Notes: generated by a model not told the origin, from the sequence alone. DNA of 64,000 bases from Planctomycetota bacterium (GCA_038060895.1 JBBTCT010000009.1:272082-336081); one strand, 5' to 3'. Shown: positions 9,776 to 19,487, numbered from the stretch's first letter. Translations and numbers: made by a program.

Positions 9776-9806
9776 AAAAAAAAACCGCGGGGCTCGGGCC
9801 CCGCGG
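9776..9806 (-). terminator. Intrinsic terminator for the minus-strand gene
   Basis: A9 tract then CCGCGGGGC-tcgg-GCCCCGCGG. Confidence 0.8.
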
Positions 9807-9829
9807 CTGTTGTTCCGGACGTTTGACGA

Positions 9830-11620
9830 CTACTTCTTCGCCGGCTCTTCCTCGGACTGGTAGACCTGGACCTGGACCTTGTGGACCGTGAGTTTCGCGC
9901 CTCCTGCGACACGGAACGAGAACCCGCCCTGCTTCGATCCCGACGGTGCGCAGCGTCCCGGATTCCCCGTGAATTTCATTTCCTTCCCGATGCGGAACTT
10001 GCCGCCGAAGACCATGAAGTCCACCGTGATCTTCTCGCCCGGCTTGATCGCGCCGTTCGACATCATCAGCTTGATGTCGTGCTGCACCGCGGGCGTCGCC
10101 CCCTCGCCCTGGGCTTGCCGCTGGAAAATCACGAACCCCTCTTCCCCGGCGGTGAATTCGAGCCTGAGCGTGAAATCCTGCCACGAAACCGGCTTGTTGA
10201 GCAGCAGGAACTCCACCTCCGCCGTGTTGTTCTGGACGTTCAGCCCGTCCGCTCCCACAGCGACCGTCAGGCCGAACTCCTTGAAGTCCGTAAACGCGAT
10301 GTCCTCCCAGGCGAACTTGGCCAGATACACCGGGTCGTCGTATCGCTTTGCAACCGCGTCCTCGGCGTCCTTCTGAAGCGTCCCCGCGTCCTGGGCGGAG
10401 AACACCTCGGGCGGAAGCGCGGCGGAAATCGTCGACGCAATGACGTAACAACCGGCAATCAGGATCCAGTCCTGGGGCGTCGCGGCCTTCGCCGTCTCCC
10501 CCGCGGCTTTCGCCGCTTTCAGGACCGTCAGCAAACGGTCCTGGTATTCCTTCTGCTCGTCCAGAACCCATTCGACCGACTTGACGAGTGACATTGCCTT
10601 CTTCGCCCTCCGGAGGCCCTCGTCCGTCCCTTCCACCGTCGCCAGGGCGCCAGCGATCCCGCTCAATTCCTCAAGGGCCATCTTCTTCAGTTTGTGGTGC
10701 TCTTTCCGGCGATTGACGAGCTTCGTGAACTCTTCCAGGTCCGCCTGGAACTTCGGATCCTTGGCGGCGACTTCCTCGAATTTTTTGAGAGCTTCGTCAA
10801 TGGCCTCGAAATCCTTCGGCTTCTCACGAAGCAACCGGTCCAGCTCCTTCTGCCGCTGCTTGCAGATCTCCGCGTTCTCCTTGTAGGCCTTGTTTTCCCT
10901 GCCGCGCTTGATGATCACGGTGAAGAACAGGCCTCCGGCGATGGCGAAAAAGATCCCGCCCACGACGGCCCACATCATCAACGTCGATTTCGACATCGGC
11001 GCCACGCCGGCGCTTCCGTCCTTGAATCCAATCTTCTTGCGCAGCGATCCGCTCGCGCCGGCCTCGTCTTCGGGTGGAGGCGCGGACTTCCGGATTCTGC
11101 TGGAAGCGGGCCCACCTCCGGGCTTGCCGTGGCGGCCGGACGCGGGGCCCCCGCGTGCGGGGGTGCGCCCGGGGGGCGGAGCTTCATCTTCCGCCGAGTC
11201 CTCGTCCAGAAGCGGCTGCTGTGGGGGCGGGACGGCGACTTTGCGGGACGCGGGCGCCGGAACAGGCTTCATCTTCGTTGAACTCGGAGGCGGGGCAGAC
11301 TTCAGGCCCGGGACGGCGCCGCTCGCGGGCGAGCGCTGCGCGACCGCGGCCGGGGCCCGATGCGCGCCGCTGCTCGGGGGAGCCTTCAGGACACCGCTGG
11401 CCGGCGCCCGATGCGCCCCGCTGGCTGGCGCGGGCTTCAGCGCGACAGCGGAACCACGCGATGAAGCGGGTGCTCCCGATCCTGCGGGAGATCCCGCCTT
11501 CGCGGCTCGCGCGTCGGCCACGCAGGTCGGGCAGTACCAGAACTCGCCGCGCTGAAGCGCGCGGCCCTTCTGAACGTCGGCCGGCGAGATCTCGGCTCCG
11601 CAGCGACGGCACTCGGACAT
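9830..11620 (-). CDS. Hypothetical membrane protein: Zn-ribbon, Pro/Ala/Ser-rich linker, single TM, C-terminal domain
   Basis: ATG 11620 after a CAGGAG RBS; CRRC...CPTC; TM segment MWAVVGGIFFAIAGGLFFTVII. Confidence 0.7.
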   Translation of the reverse strand: MSECRRCGAEISPADVQKGRALQRGEFWYCPTCVADARAAKAGSPAGSGAPASSRGSAVALKPAPASGAHRAPASGVLKAPPSSGAHRAPAAVAQRSPASGAVPGLKSAPPPSSTKMKPVPAPASRKVAVPPPQQPLLDEDSAEDEAPPPGRTPARGGPASGRHGKPGGGPASSRIRKSAPPPEDEAGASGSLRKKIGFKDGSAGVAPMSKSTLMMWAVVGGIFFAIAGGLFFTVIIKRGRENKAYKENAEICKQRQKELDRLLREKPKDFEAIDEALKKFEEVAAKDPKFQADLEEFTKLVNRRKEHHKLKKMALEELSGIAGALATVEGTDEGLRRAKKAMSLVKSVEWVLDEQKEYQDRLLTVLKAAKAAGETAKAATPQDWILIAGCYVIASTISAALPPEVFSAQDAGTLQKDAEDAVAKRYDDPVYLAKFAWEDIAFTDFKEFGLTVAVGADGLNVQNNTAEVEFLLLNKPVSWQDFTLRLEFTAGEEGFVIFQRQAQGEGATPAVQHDIKLMMSNGAIKPGEKITVDFMVFGGKFRIGKEMKFTGNPGRCAPSGSKQGGFSFRVAGGAKLTVHKVQVQVYQSEEEPAKK

Positions 11621-11751
11621 GTTGAAGCTCCTGGAGGCCGGGGAGGATGGACTCATCCACGCGACGACCCCCGGGACGGCGCGCGACAGCCCATTATATG
11701 ACCGTGTTGAGGCGGAATCTGCAACGAATGCGTATGTCTGCCTGTGCGATG

Positions 11752-12582
11752 TCAGTAGGCAGTTGTTGCGTCCAGCAGGCCTTTCCATTTCGCTTTCCGC
11801 TCGCCGACGGCCCATCCGTAGAAACCCATCGCGATGCTCAGCGCGCAGAAAGCACCCAGGATGCCGAGGATCAGCGCGGTCGAGTAGCCGGAGAGCACGC
11901 TTCCGAATTTCAGCCCGAGAGAACGGCGGACCAGTTCCAGCCACCAGGTCACGGGACTGGCGTAGGTGACAGGGCGCATCCAGAGAGGGAGGATGTCCAC
12001 AGGGAAGATCGCCGCGGAGCAGAGCAGGAAGACGCCGCCGATGGACTCGGTCATGAAGTGTCCGTGGCGGGCAAAATGGAGCGAGGCTCCGGCGAGGGCG
12101 AGGCCGAGGAACAGGAGGAGCGTGACACCCAGGACGAGCGTGGCGGTGAGAAGGAGCGGGTGGAATTCGGGCGGGCGGAGGCCGAGAACGAAGGCGCCGA
12201 AGGCCGCGAGCGCGACGGCGCCGAAGAGCGACTGGGCGGCGCGTGCGAGCGCGTGGCCGGAGAGGTAGGGAATGGCGCTTCCCGGCGCGAGGTAGACGTA
12301 CTTGAGCATCTGGTACCGCTCGCGGTCCTCCAGGATCGCCCAGGAAGTTCCGCCGAGGACGGCGGGGACGATCTGGAATGCCGCGAGCGAGTACCAGGCA
12401 GGGAGCAGGTACCCGGGAGGGCGGCCTGCGACGGTTGCCATGAGCCAGATGAGCATGGCGCCGGCCAGGGGGCGGGTGAGGGAGTAGGCGAGGTAGACGG
12501 GAGGACTCGTCCAGTTCGCCTCCTTTTTCCAGGCCAGCGAATATCCGGTTGAGATTTTTTTCAGCGTGGTGGCTATTGCCAT
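11752..12582 (-). CDS. ABC-2 type transporter permease
   Basis: Hydrophobic; EDRERYQMLKY, IFPVDILPLWMRPVTYASPVTW; start overlaps the upstream permease stop. Confidence 0.82.
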   Translation of the reverse strand: MAIATTLKKISTGYSLAWKKEANWTSPPVYLAYSLTRPLAGAMLIWLMATVAGRPPGYLLPAWYSLAAFQIVPAVLGGTSWAILEDRERYQMLKYVYLAPGSAIPYLSGHALARAAQSLFGAVALAAFGAFVLGLRPPEFHPLLLTATLVLGVTLLLFLGLALAGASLHFARHGHFMTESIGGVFLLCSAAIFPVDILPLWMRPVTYASPVTWWLELVRRSLGLKFGSVLSGYSTALILGILGAFCALSIAMGFYGWAVGERKAKWKGLLDATTAY

Positions 12583-13382
12583 TTCAGGGTCAGCTTTCCG
12601 TCGCGCTTGGCGCGGTCCTCCATCAGGCGGAGCATGCGTCTCGCAAGCAGGAAAAACAGCACGGCGAGGGCGGCCAGGGCGCCCGCTTCGACACCGACCG
12701 GGAGGAAGCCCGCCTTCGAGCCGAGCGCGGTCTGGCGGATGGCGTCCATGCCCAGGGCGAGCGGGAACGCCGACGCGATGGCGGCGACGGTGAACCCGAG
12801 ATTGGCGATGGGGAAGTAGAAGCCGGAGAGAAGGTAGACGGGTTCCTGGGCGACCTCGACCCAGCGCTGGGCGCCGCGGCCGAAGAGCAGAAAGAGGGAG
12901 GCGAGCATCATGCCCAGGCCGTAGAGCGCGGTCATGGAGAGGAGGAAGATTCCGAAAGCGGCGGCGAGTCCGCCGATTTCGAAATGAACGCGGAAGACCG
13001 CGATGCCGAGGATGAGGATGACGATGGAGCGCATGGCGGTGCCCATCATCCCGCCGACGGCCATCCCGAGGAGGATCGACATGCGGGAGATCGGGGCCAT
13101 CATGTAGATGTCGAGGTTGCCCATGTCCTTTTCCCAGAAGAACTGGGCGGCCATCCCCCACAGGACGTTGAGCCAGAACGCGGTCATCACGCCGCCGAGG
13201 ATCACGTACGACTCGTATTCCGGGGGAGCGCCGAGCGCGCGGTAAACGAGCACGTACCCGGCCGTCGTCATCGCAGGCAGTAATGTCTCAAAGAAGACCC
13301 ACGACAATTCGCGGTTCGCAGCGACGACGCGGATCCAGGCGCGGGCGCTCGCCGCCCGCAGGTTGTTCGCCAGCGAACTCAC
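12573..13382 (-). CDS. ABC-2 type transporter permease
   Basis: WEKDMGNLDIYMMAPISR, LSGFYFPI; GTG start overlaps the ATPase stop. Confidence 0.85.
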   Translation of the reverse strand: MSSLANNLRAASARAWIRVVAANRELSWVFFETLLPAMTTAGYVLVYRALGAPPEYESYVILGGVMTAFWLNVLWGMAAQFFWEKDMGNLDIYMMAPISRMSILLGMAVGGMMGTAMRSIVILILGIAVFRVHFEIGGLAAAFGIFLLSMTALYGLGMMLASLFLLFGRGAQRWVEVAQEPVYLLSGFYFPIANLGFTVAAIASAFPLALGMDAIRQTALGSKAGFLPVGVEAGALAALAVLFFLLARRMLRLMEDRAKRDGKLTLKWQ

Positions 13383-14386
13383 TCGGCGCTCTTTTCCGCT
13401 TCGGCAATCGACTGCCCGGCGATTTTGACGAAAACGTCCTCGAGGGTGACCTCGTGCTTGGAGAGATTCACGATCTTCCCGCCGAGGGCCGCCATGCGGG
13501 AAAGGGCGCCCGTGAGGGCCGCGTCGTCGGGGAGCGTGAAGCGAACCGTGGTGCGCCCCGCGGCCACGTCCGAATCGAGACGGGAGACTTTCATGTCCGC
13601 GTCCTGTTTCAGCCGTTCGGCCTGGCCGTCCAGTCCGGAAAGCGTCACTTCGAACACGGCGTCCCCGCGGTGCGCCGCAATCAGGTTCAGCGGCGTGTCG
13701 CACGCGCGGATCCGCCCCTGGTAAATAATCGCGACCCGGTCGCAGAGCTCCTGCGCTTCCGCAAGATAGTGCGTCGTCAGGAGAATCGTTCTCGTCCGGT
13801 CCTCGGCCATCCAGTCGCGGATGAAGCCGCGTGCCTGTCGCGCGATGTGCGCGTCGAGCCCCAGCGTCGGCTCGTCGAGAAACAGCACCGACGGCCCGGT
13901 CATAAACCCGCGGATCAGGTTCATTTTCTGCCGCATCCCCGTGGACAACCGGTTGATCTTCGTCCCCGCGTCCTGTGCCAGCCCGTACTGGTCGAGCATC
14001 CGGTCGATGCGGGACAGCGCTTCCTTTGTCGTCAACCCGTAGAGCTGCGAAAACACCCACAGCTGCTCGCGAATCGTCAGGAGCCCGTATCCGCTCGGCT
14101 CGCCGCCGCTCACCATGTTGATTTTCTCACGCACCCGCTCGCAGTCTTTCACGATGTCGAGGCCGCAGACTTCGGCGACGCCTGAGGTCGGAAACAGAAG
14201 CGTGCAGAGGATCTTGATCAGTGTCGTCTTCCCGGCTCCGTTCGGCCCCAGCAGACCGAACAGCTCGCCGGATTGCACTTCGAGATTCACCCCGTCCACG
14301 GCGCGGAACTCGACCGCGGGCGCGCCGCGCTTCGGCGATTTGCGGTAGAGGCGGGTGAGGTCTCGGGTTCGAATGGAGGGGGGCAT
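13379..14386 (-). CDS. ABC transporter ATP-binding protein (DrrA-like)
   Basis: GPNGAGKTT, LSTGMRQK, FLDEPTLGLD, TTHY, C-terminal TLEDVF. Confidence 0.92.
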   Translation of the reverse strand: MPPSIRTRDLTRLYRKSPKRGAPAVEFRAVDGVNLEVQSGELFGLLGPNGAGKTTLIKILCTLLFPTSGVAEVCGLDIVKDCERVREKINMVSGGEPSGYGLLTIREQLWVFSQLYGLTTKEALSRIDRMLDQYGLAQDAGTKINRLSTGMRQKMNLIRGFMTGPSVLFLDEPTLGLDAHIARQARGFIRDWMAEDRTRTILLTTHYLAEAQELCDRVAIIYQGRIRACDTPLNLIAAHRGDAVFEVTLSGLDGQAERLKQDADMKVSRLDSDVAAGRTTVRFTLPDDAALTGALSRMAALGGKIVNLSKHEVTLEDVFVKIAGQSIAEAEKSAE

Positions 14387-14577
14387 GAAGGCGGCGGATT
14401 GTAAGGCAGCCGGGAGGATTGAGGGTTGTGTGTTGAGGAGCGGGGCAGTCTGGAGTGGGGGCATGGATCCGGATTGATCGCCTGTGGCCCGCAACAGGTT
14501 CGGGGAATCCTGCGGGCTCACGCGAATCTTCCCGCTGCCGTATACAATGGGCGAACTCATTCCACGGAGCCTCCACC

Positions 14578-15354
14578 ATGTCCAAGGGCCTCACCGCCGT
14601 CTCCCTCGTCGTCTCCGCCGGCGCCGTGGCCGGCGTCGTGTTCGCCTCGGCGCAGATGTCACGAGTCGCCGGGTCGCTTGAGAAGGTCGAGGCGCGGCTC
14701 CTGGCGCTCGAAAAAAACCCGTCGACCTCCACTCCCGGGGAATCCCGCGACGCAGAAGGCGGTTCCGGCGGCACGGACGCGCCGCGGTCCGCCGCGTCGA
14801 TCGAGACGCTGGGAGAGGCCATCCTCGAAGTAAGGAAACTGCGCGAAGATGTCGCGATCCTCCAGGATCGCGACCTGGCTCCCGGACAGAAGAACCCGGC
14901 CGCAGGCGACCCCGCTGAAGGAGCGATTTCCCGGGACGAAATCGCAATGCGGAAAGTCGTAGAGGACGTTCTCGCCGCGCGCGAAAAAGAACGCGTCGAA
15001 GCGGACAAGAAGCGCTCCGCGGATTGGGCAAAGGCGCGGCTCGATCGGACTATCAACGACCTGGCCGAACGGCTGCAGCTGTCTTCGACCCAGAAGGAGG
15101 AAGTCGCGAAAATTCTCACGGCCGCTTCAGCCCAACAGCAGGAACTCTGGGCGAATCGCAAGGAAGGCGAGAATCCCTGGGAGAAAATGCAGGCGATCCG
15201 CAAGGAACAGGATGCAGCCGTCAAGCCGCTTCTCACCGGCGAGCAGCAGGTCAAATACGAGGAATACATGAAGGTCGCCGGCGGCCCGAGGAGCTTCTCT
15301 TCAGGTGACGGAGGCGGTGTGTTCGTCCAGCCCGGGGGCGGGCAGCCCCGGTAG
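14578..15354 (+). CDS. Hypothetical N-anchored helical protein (LTxxQ-like motifs)
   Basis: GGAG RBS before ATG 14578; N-terminal hydrophobic helix; coiled coil; LSSTQ and LTGEQ motifs. Confidence 0.65.
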   Translation: MSKGLTAVSLVVSAGAVAGVVFASAQMSRVAGSLEKVEARLLALEKNPSTSTPGESRDAEGGSGGTDAPRSAASIETLGEAILEVRKLREDVAILQDRDLAPGQKNPAAGDPAEGAISRDEIAMRKVVEDVLAAREKERVEADKKRSADWAKARLDRTINDLAERLQLSSTQKEEVAKILTAASAQQQELWANRKEGENPWEKMQAIRKEQDAAVKPLLTGEQQVKYEEYMKVAGGPRSFSSGDGGGVFVQPGGGQPR

Positions 15355-15371
15355 GGAGCCCGTCATCCACC

Positions 15372-15400
15372 GGCCCGCGCTTCCCGCGCGGGCTTTTTTT
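15372..15400 (+). terminator. Intrinsic terminator
   Basis: GCCCGCGC-ttccc-GCGCGGGC followed by T7. Confidence 0.85.
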
Positions 15401-15418
15401 ATCTCCGCTTTGCAGGTT

Positions 15419-15450
15419 CTTAATAGTTCCTTAACAGTCGCGTCCTAACT
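15419..15450 (+). promoter_or_regulatory. Candidate Pho box upstream of pstS
   Basis: CTTAATA (15419) and CTTAACA (15430) are 11 bp apart, with a weaker CCTAACT at 15444, in an AT-rich island before pstS. Confidence 0.55.
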
Positions 15451-15487
15451 TCCGTGAAACTTTCTGCAAAGAGAAGGGGAAGACGCG

Positions 15488-16288
15488 ATGAGAACGCTGG
15501 CTCTTGCGGTGTGCGCCGTGGCGGGGATCGTCGGAAGTTGCGGATGTGGCGGACGGACCAGCACGAACCACCTGACGATTGCGGGCTCGACGGCATTCAC
15601 TCCCGTCGCGCAGAAACTGGCGGACGCGTTCAAGGCGAAGCACGCCGGCGTGACGATCGACATCCACTCGGTGGGCTCGATGGTCGGCATCAAGAACGTG
15701 AACGACGGCGCCTGCGACGTGGGAATGGCCGATCTTGCCGATCTGCCCGCCGAAGCCAAAGGGCTCAAGTCCTTCACGGTTTCCCGCGACGGCATCGCCG
15801 TGGTAGTCAATCCGGCGAATCCGGTCTCCGGGCTGGGCATGGACCAGATCGCGAAGATCTTCGACGGGTCGATCACCAACTGGAAAGACGTTGGCGGCGC
15901 AGACAAGTCGATTACGGTCATCTGCCGCGAAGAGAGCAGCGGTTCGCGGAAGACGTTTGACGCTATCGTGAAGGTGAAGGGAAAGGTCACCAAGACCGCC
16001 CAATTTCAGAACTCGAACGGCGCCTGCCGGACGGCGGTCGCGAGCGATCCGAACGCCATTTCCTACGTCACGATGGTCCAGGTCGATGCCTCCGTAAAAT
16101 CGCTCGCGATCGACAAGGTCGCGGCGACCATCGACAGCGTGCGCGAGGGAAAGTACACGATCGCCGCAACGGACTTCCTGCTGACGAAAGGGGAGCCCAC
16201 CGGGCTGGCGAAGGAGTTCATTGATTTCACGCTGAGCGATGAGGGGCAGAAGCTGATCAGGGAATCGGGATTGATCCCTGTGAAATGA
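15488..16288 (+). CDS. pstS: Phosphate ABC transporter substrate-binding lipoprotein
   Basis: Lipoprotein-like signal; IAGSTA, GSMVGI, DGIAVVVN, REESSGSR; first gene of the pst cluster. Confidence 0.9.
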   Translation: MRTLALAVCAVAGIVGSCGCGGRTSTNHLTIAGSTAFTPVAQKLADAFKAKHAGVTIDIHSVGSMVGIKNVNDGACDVGMADLADLPAEAKGLKSFTVSRDGIAVVVNPANPVSGLGMDQIAKIFDGSITNWKDVGGADKSITVICREESSGSRKTFDAIVKVKGKVTKTAQFQNSNGACRTAVASDPNAISYVTMVQVDASVKSLAIDKVAATIDSVREGKYTIAATDFLLTKGEPTGLAKEFIDFTLSDEGQKLIRESGLIPVK

Positions 16289-17142
16289 AGCGGGAAGAAG
16301 CCATCCGGCTGACCCTGCTGGGGTTGGCCATGTCGGCGGTGACCGCGCTGGCGGTGATCACGACATTCATCCTGAAGGAAGGGCTTCCCGTGATTTTCCG
16401 CCACGGGCCGGCCTCGTTCCTTTTCGGGTCGGACTGGAGTCCGTCCGCCGAGCCGCCCGTCTTTGGCGTGTTTGCCATGATCGCGGGGACATTTGCCGTG
16501 ACGTTCGGCGCGCTGGGGATCGGGGTTCCCGTTGGGCTGGGCTCCGCAATCTTCCTCTCGGAATTCGCACCGCGCCGGGTCGCTACGATTCTCAAACCCG
16601 CCCTCGAGCTCCTCGCGGGCATTCCCAGCGTCGTCTTCGGGTTTATGGGAATGCTCGTGCTCCTCCCGTTCATCCGGACTCATGTCGGAGGCCAGGGCGC
16701 CTCCGTTCTCGCCGGCTCCACCATCCTGGGCATCATGATCCTCCCGACCGTCATTTCAATCTCGATGGACGCCCTGCGATCCGTTCCTCGCAGCTACCGG
16801 GAAGGTTCCTTCGCCCTGGGCGCGACGGGGTGGCAGACGACCTGGAAGGTCACGCTTCCCGCCGCCCGACCAGGTCTCGTGGCCGCCGTCATTCTCGGAA
16901 TGGGGCGCGCAGTCGGCGAAACCATGGCCGTCATCATGGTGACGGGCAACACGGTCCAGATGCCGAAGTCCTTCCTCGCCCCGGTTCGGACCCTGACCTC
17001 GAACATCGCGCTGGAAATGTCGTACGCCGACGGGGAGCACCGCGAGGCTCTGTTCGCAACCGGCGTCATCCTCTTTGCCATCATCATGGCCCTCAATACC
17101 ATCGCTAACTCCGTCGGCAGGCTGGGGAGGAAGCGCTCGTGA
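16285..17142 (+). CDS. pstC: Phosphate ABC transporter permease
   Basis: ELLAGIPSVVFG, GRAVGETMAVIMV, TLTSNIALEM. Confidence 0.93.
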   Translation: MKREEAIRLTLLGLAMSAVTALAVITTFILKEGLPVIFRHGPASFLFGSDWSPSAEPPVFGVFAMIAGTFAVTFGALGIGVPVGLGSAIFLSEFAPRRVATILKPALELLAGIPSVVFGFMGMLVLLPFIRTHVGGQGASVLAGSTILGIMILPTVISISMDALRSVPRSYREGSFALGATGWQTTWKVTLPAARPGLVAAVILGMGRAVGETMAVIMVTGNTVQMPKSFLAPVRTLTSNIALEMSYADGEHREALFATGVILFAIIMALNTIANSVGRLGRKRS

Positions 17143-17987
17143 GAGTTCCCCCGAAAGTGGTTCACGTATCGATGCTCGGAGTCCTGTGGACTGTGACGCT
17201 CGCGGCCGTTTTTACGCTCGTCGGGATTGTGGGATGGGTTCTCTGGCACGGACTGCCCGATGTCACGCCGCAATTCCTGTTCTCCATGCCGGCGGAGTCC
17301 GGCGCCGAGGGCGGCATCCTGTCCGTCATCGCCGGGACACTCTTCATCATCGTCGGCGCAGTCCTCGTGGCCACGCCCCTGGGCGTCGGGACGGCGATCT
17401 ACCTCGTCGAGTACACCCGCGAGAACTGGGTGACTCGCGTTATCCGCTACGGCGCCGACTGCCTCGCAGGCATCCCGTCGATCATCTTCGGGCTCTTCGG
17501 GTACGTCTTCTTCGTCATCACGCTCGGCCTCCGCTGGTCCATCCTCTCGGGCGCGCTCACCTTGGCCTTGATGTCCCTCCCGACGATCATCCGGACGGCC
17601 GAAGTCGCCCTTCGCGCCGTGCCCCAGGGGTATCGCGAAGTTTCCTACGCCCTCGGGGCAACCCGCTGGCAGATGGTCCTCCGGGTCGTCCTTCCCGGAG
17701 CGCTCCCGGGAATCGTCACCGGCATCGTCCTGGCCCTGGGAAGGTCCATGTCCGAAACCGCGGCCGTCATCTTCACCGCCGGAACCGTCCTCCCTGACCG
17801 CATCCCGACTTCCACGGGGGACTCCGTCCGCACCCTCGCCGTCCACTTTTACCTCCTCGCCACCGAGGGAACGGCCGGCTCACAGCCCAAGGCCTTCGCG
17901 ACAGCCGCCATCCTCGTTCTCGCCATCCTCGTCATCAACGTCTCCGCCTATACCGCCATGCACCGCTTCCTCGCAAGGTACCGTTGA
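17139..17987 (+). CDS. pstA: Phosphate ABC transporter permease
   Basis: GGILSVIAGT, LAGIPSIIFGLFG, GRSMSETAAV. Confidence 0.92.
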   Translation: MRVPPKVVHVSMLGVLWTVTLAAVFTLVGIVGWVLWHGLPDVTPQFLFSMPAESGAEGGILSVIAGTLFIIVGAVLVATPLGVGTAIYLVEYTRENWVTRVIRYGADCLAGIPSIIFGLFGYVFFVITLGLRWSILSGALTLALMSLPTIIRTAEVALRAVPQGYREVSYALGATRWQMVLRVVLPGALPGIVTGIVLALGRSMSETAAVIFTAGTVLPDRIPTSTGDSVRTLAVHFYLLATEGTAGSQPKAFATAAILVLAILVINVSAYTAMHRFLARYR

Positions 17988-18739
17988 TCCCTCTCCTCGA
18001 AGCACGCGGATTTGGCGTCTCCCTCGGAGGTGCCTCCGTACTCCGGAATGTCGATCTCGCCATGAATCCCAACGAGATCCTCTCGATCATCGGGCCGGCG
18101 GGAAGCGGCAAGACGACCTTCCTGCGTTGCATCAACCGGCTGAGCGACCTGGTGCCAGAAACCCGCGTCGTGGGAAATCTGTCCTTCGAGGGACGGGACG
18201 TTTTCGCACCAGGGACAGACGTCGCCGCCCTGCGCCGCCGCGCCGGAATGGTGTTCGCAGTTCCGAACCCGCTTCCCAGGTCCATTTACGAGAACATCGC
18301 CTTCGGCCCGAGACTGACGGGATTGCGGTCCCGCGACGTCCTCGATGAAATCGTCGAGCGCACCCTGCGCGCGTCGGTGCTGTGGGACGAAGTCAAAGAC
18401 CGGCTGCATACCTCTGGGACGAAACTCTCGGGCGGCCAGCAGCAGCGCCTCTGCCTGGCGCGGACGCTGGCCCTGGGACCGCAGGTGCTTCTCCTCGACG
18501 AGCCGTGCTCGGGACTCGATCCGATATCGACTGCGAAAATCGAGGAAGCGCTTCAGGACCTGAAAAAAACGCTGACCGTCGTGCTCGTGACGAACAACGT
18601 GAAGCAGGCGGCGCGATCGAGCGACCGCACCGCGTTCTTCCTGATGGGAGAAATGGTCGAGATCGGCGTGACGGGGGAGCTGTTTACCCACCCGCGGGAC
18701 AAGCGGACGAACGACTACATCTCGGGGAGGTTCGGGTAA
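17984..18739 (+). CDS. pstB: Phosphate ABC transporter ATPase, copy 1 (degenerate A-, Q- and H-loops)
   Basis: GPAGSGKTT, VFAVPNP, LSGGQQQR, LLLDEP, VTNN, YISGRFG. Confidence 0.88.
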   Translation: MIPLLEARGFGVSLGGASVLRNVDLAMNPNEILSIIGPAGSGKTTFLRCINRLSDLVPETRVVGNLSFEGRDVFAPGTDVAALRRRAGMVFAVPNPLPRSIYENIAFGPRLTGLRSRDVLDEIVERTLRASVLWDEVKDRLHTSGTKLSGGQQQRLCLARTLALGPQVLLLDEPCSGLDPISTAKIEEALQDLKKTLTVVLVTNNVKQAARSSDRTAFFLMGEMVEIGVTGELFTHPRDKRTNDYISGRFG

Positions 18740-19485
18740 TGCTGGAGGCCCGTAACCTGAAGCTCTGGTACGGCGACTTCATGGCGCTCAATGGCGTCTC
18801 CATGTCCATCATTCCCAACGCCATCACGGCCATCATCGGTCCGTCCGGCTGCGGCAAGTCGACGCTGCTGCGCTGTTTCAACCGCATGAACGACCTGGTG
18901 GAGGGCTCGCGGACCGAGGGCGAAATCCTCTTCGAGGGCAAGAACATCTATGAGCGCCGCTTCGACATGACGGAGCTTCGGAAGCGCGTCGGAATGGTGT
19001 TCCAGCGCCCGAACCCGTTTCCGCTCACCGTTTTCGACAACGTCGCCTACGGCCCGCGCATCCACGGCCTTGCCACCGGCGACGCGCTCCGGGAAACCGT
19101 CAAGAAGGCGCTCCAGTCGACGCTTCTCTGGGACGAACTCGGCGACAAGCTCGAAGCCCCGGCGCTGTCGCTTTCCGCGGAGCAGCAGCAGCGGCTCTGC
19201 ATCTCCCGGCTGGTCGCTGTCGAGCCCGATGTCCTCCTGATGGACGAGCCGTGTTCGGCGCTGGATCCGATGGCGACGCAGAACATCGAGGAACTGATGC
19301 TAGAATTGAAGAAGCGATTCACGATCGTGATCGTCACCCACAATATGCAACAGGCCGCCCGCGTCAGTGACTTCACCGGGTTCATGCTCCTGGGGGACCT
19401 TGTCGAGTTCGGCGAGACGCAGCAGGTGTTTACGGCGCCTCGCCAGCGGAAGACGGAGGAGTACATCACCGGGAGGTACGGCTAG
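18739..19485 (+). CDS. pstB: Phosphate ABC transporter ATPase, copy 2 (degenerate signature motif)
   Basis: ATG overlaps the previous TAA; GPSGCGKST, VFQRPNP, LSAEQQQR, LLMDEP, VTHN, YITGRYG. Confidence 0.9.
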   Translation: MLEARNLKLWYGDFMALNGVSMSIIPNAITAIIGPSGCGKSTLLRCFNRMNDLVEGSRTEGEILFEGKNIYERRFDMTELRKRVGMVFQRPNPFPLTVFDNVAYGPRIHGLATGDALRETVKKALQSTLLWDELGDKLEAPALSLSAEQQQRLCISRLVAVEPDVLLMDEPCSALDPMATQNIEELMLELKKRFTIVIVTHNMQQAARVSDFTGFMLLGDLVEFGETQQVFTAPRQRKTEEYITGRYG

Positions 19486-19487
19486 AG

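Noticed and set aside
17984-18739. pstB copy 1 as a decaying pseudogene
   Set aside because: It is full length, translationally coupled on both sides, keeps Walker A/B, the signature and the C-terminal motif, and its losses are confined to one composite site.
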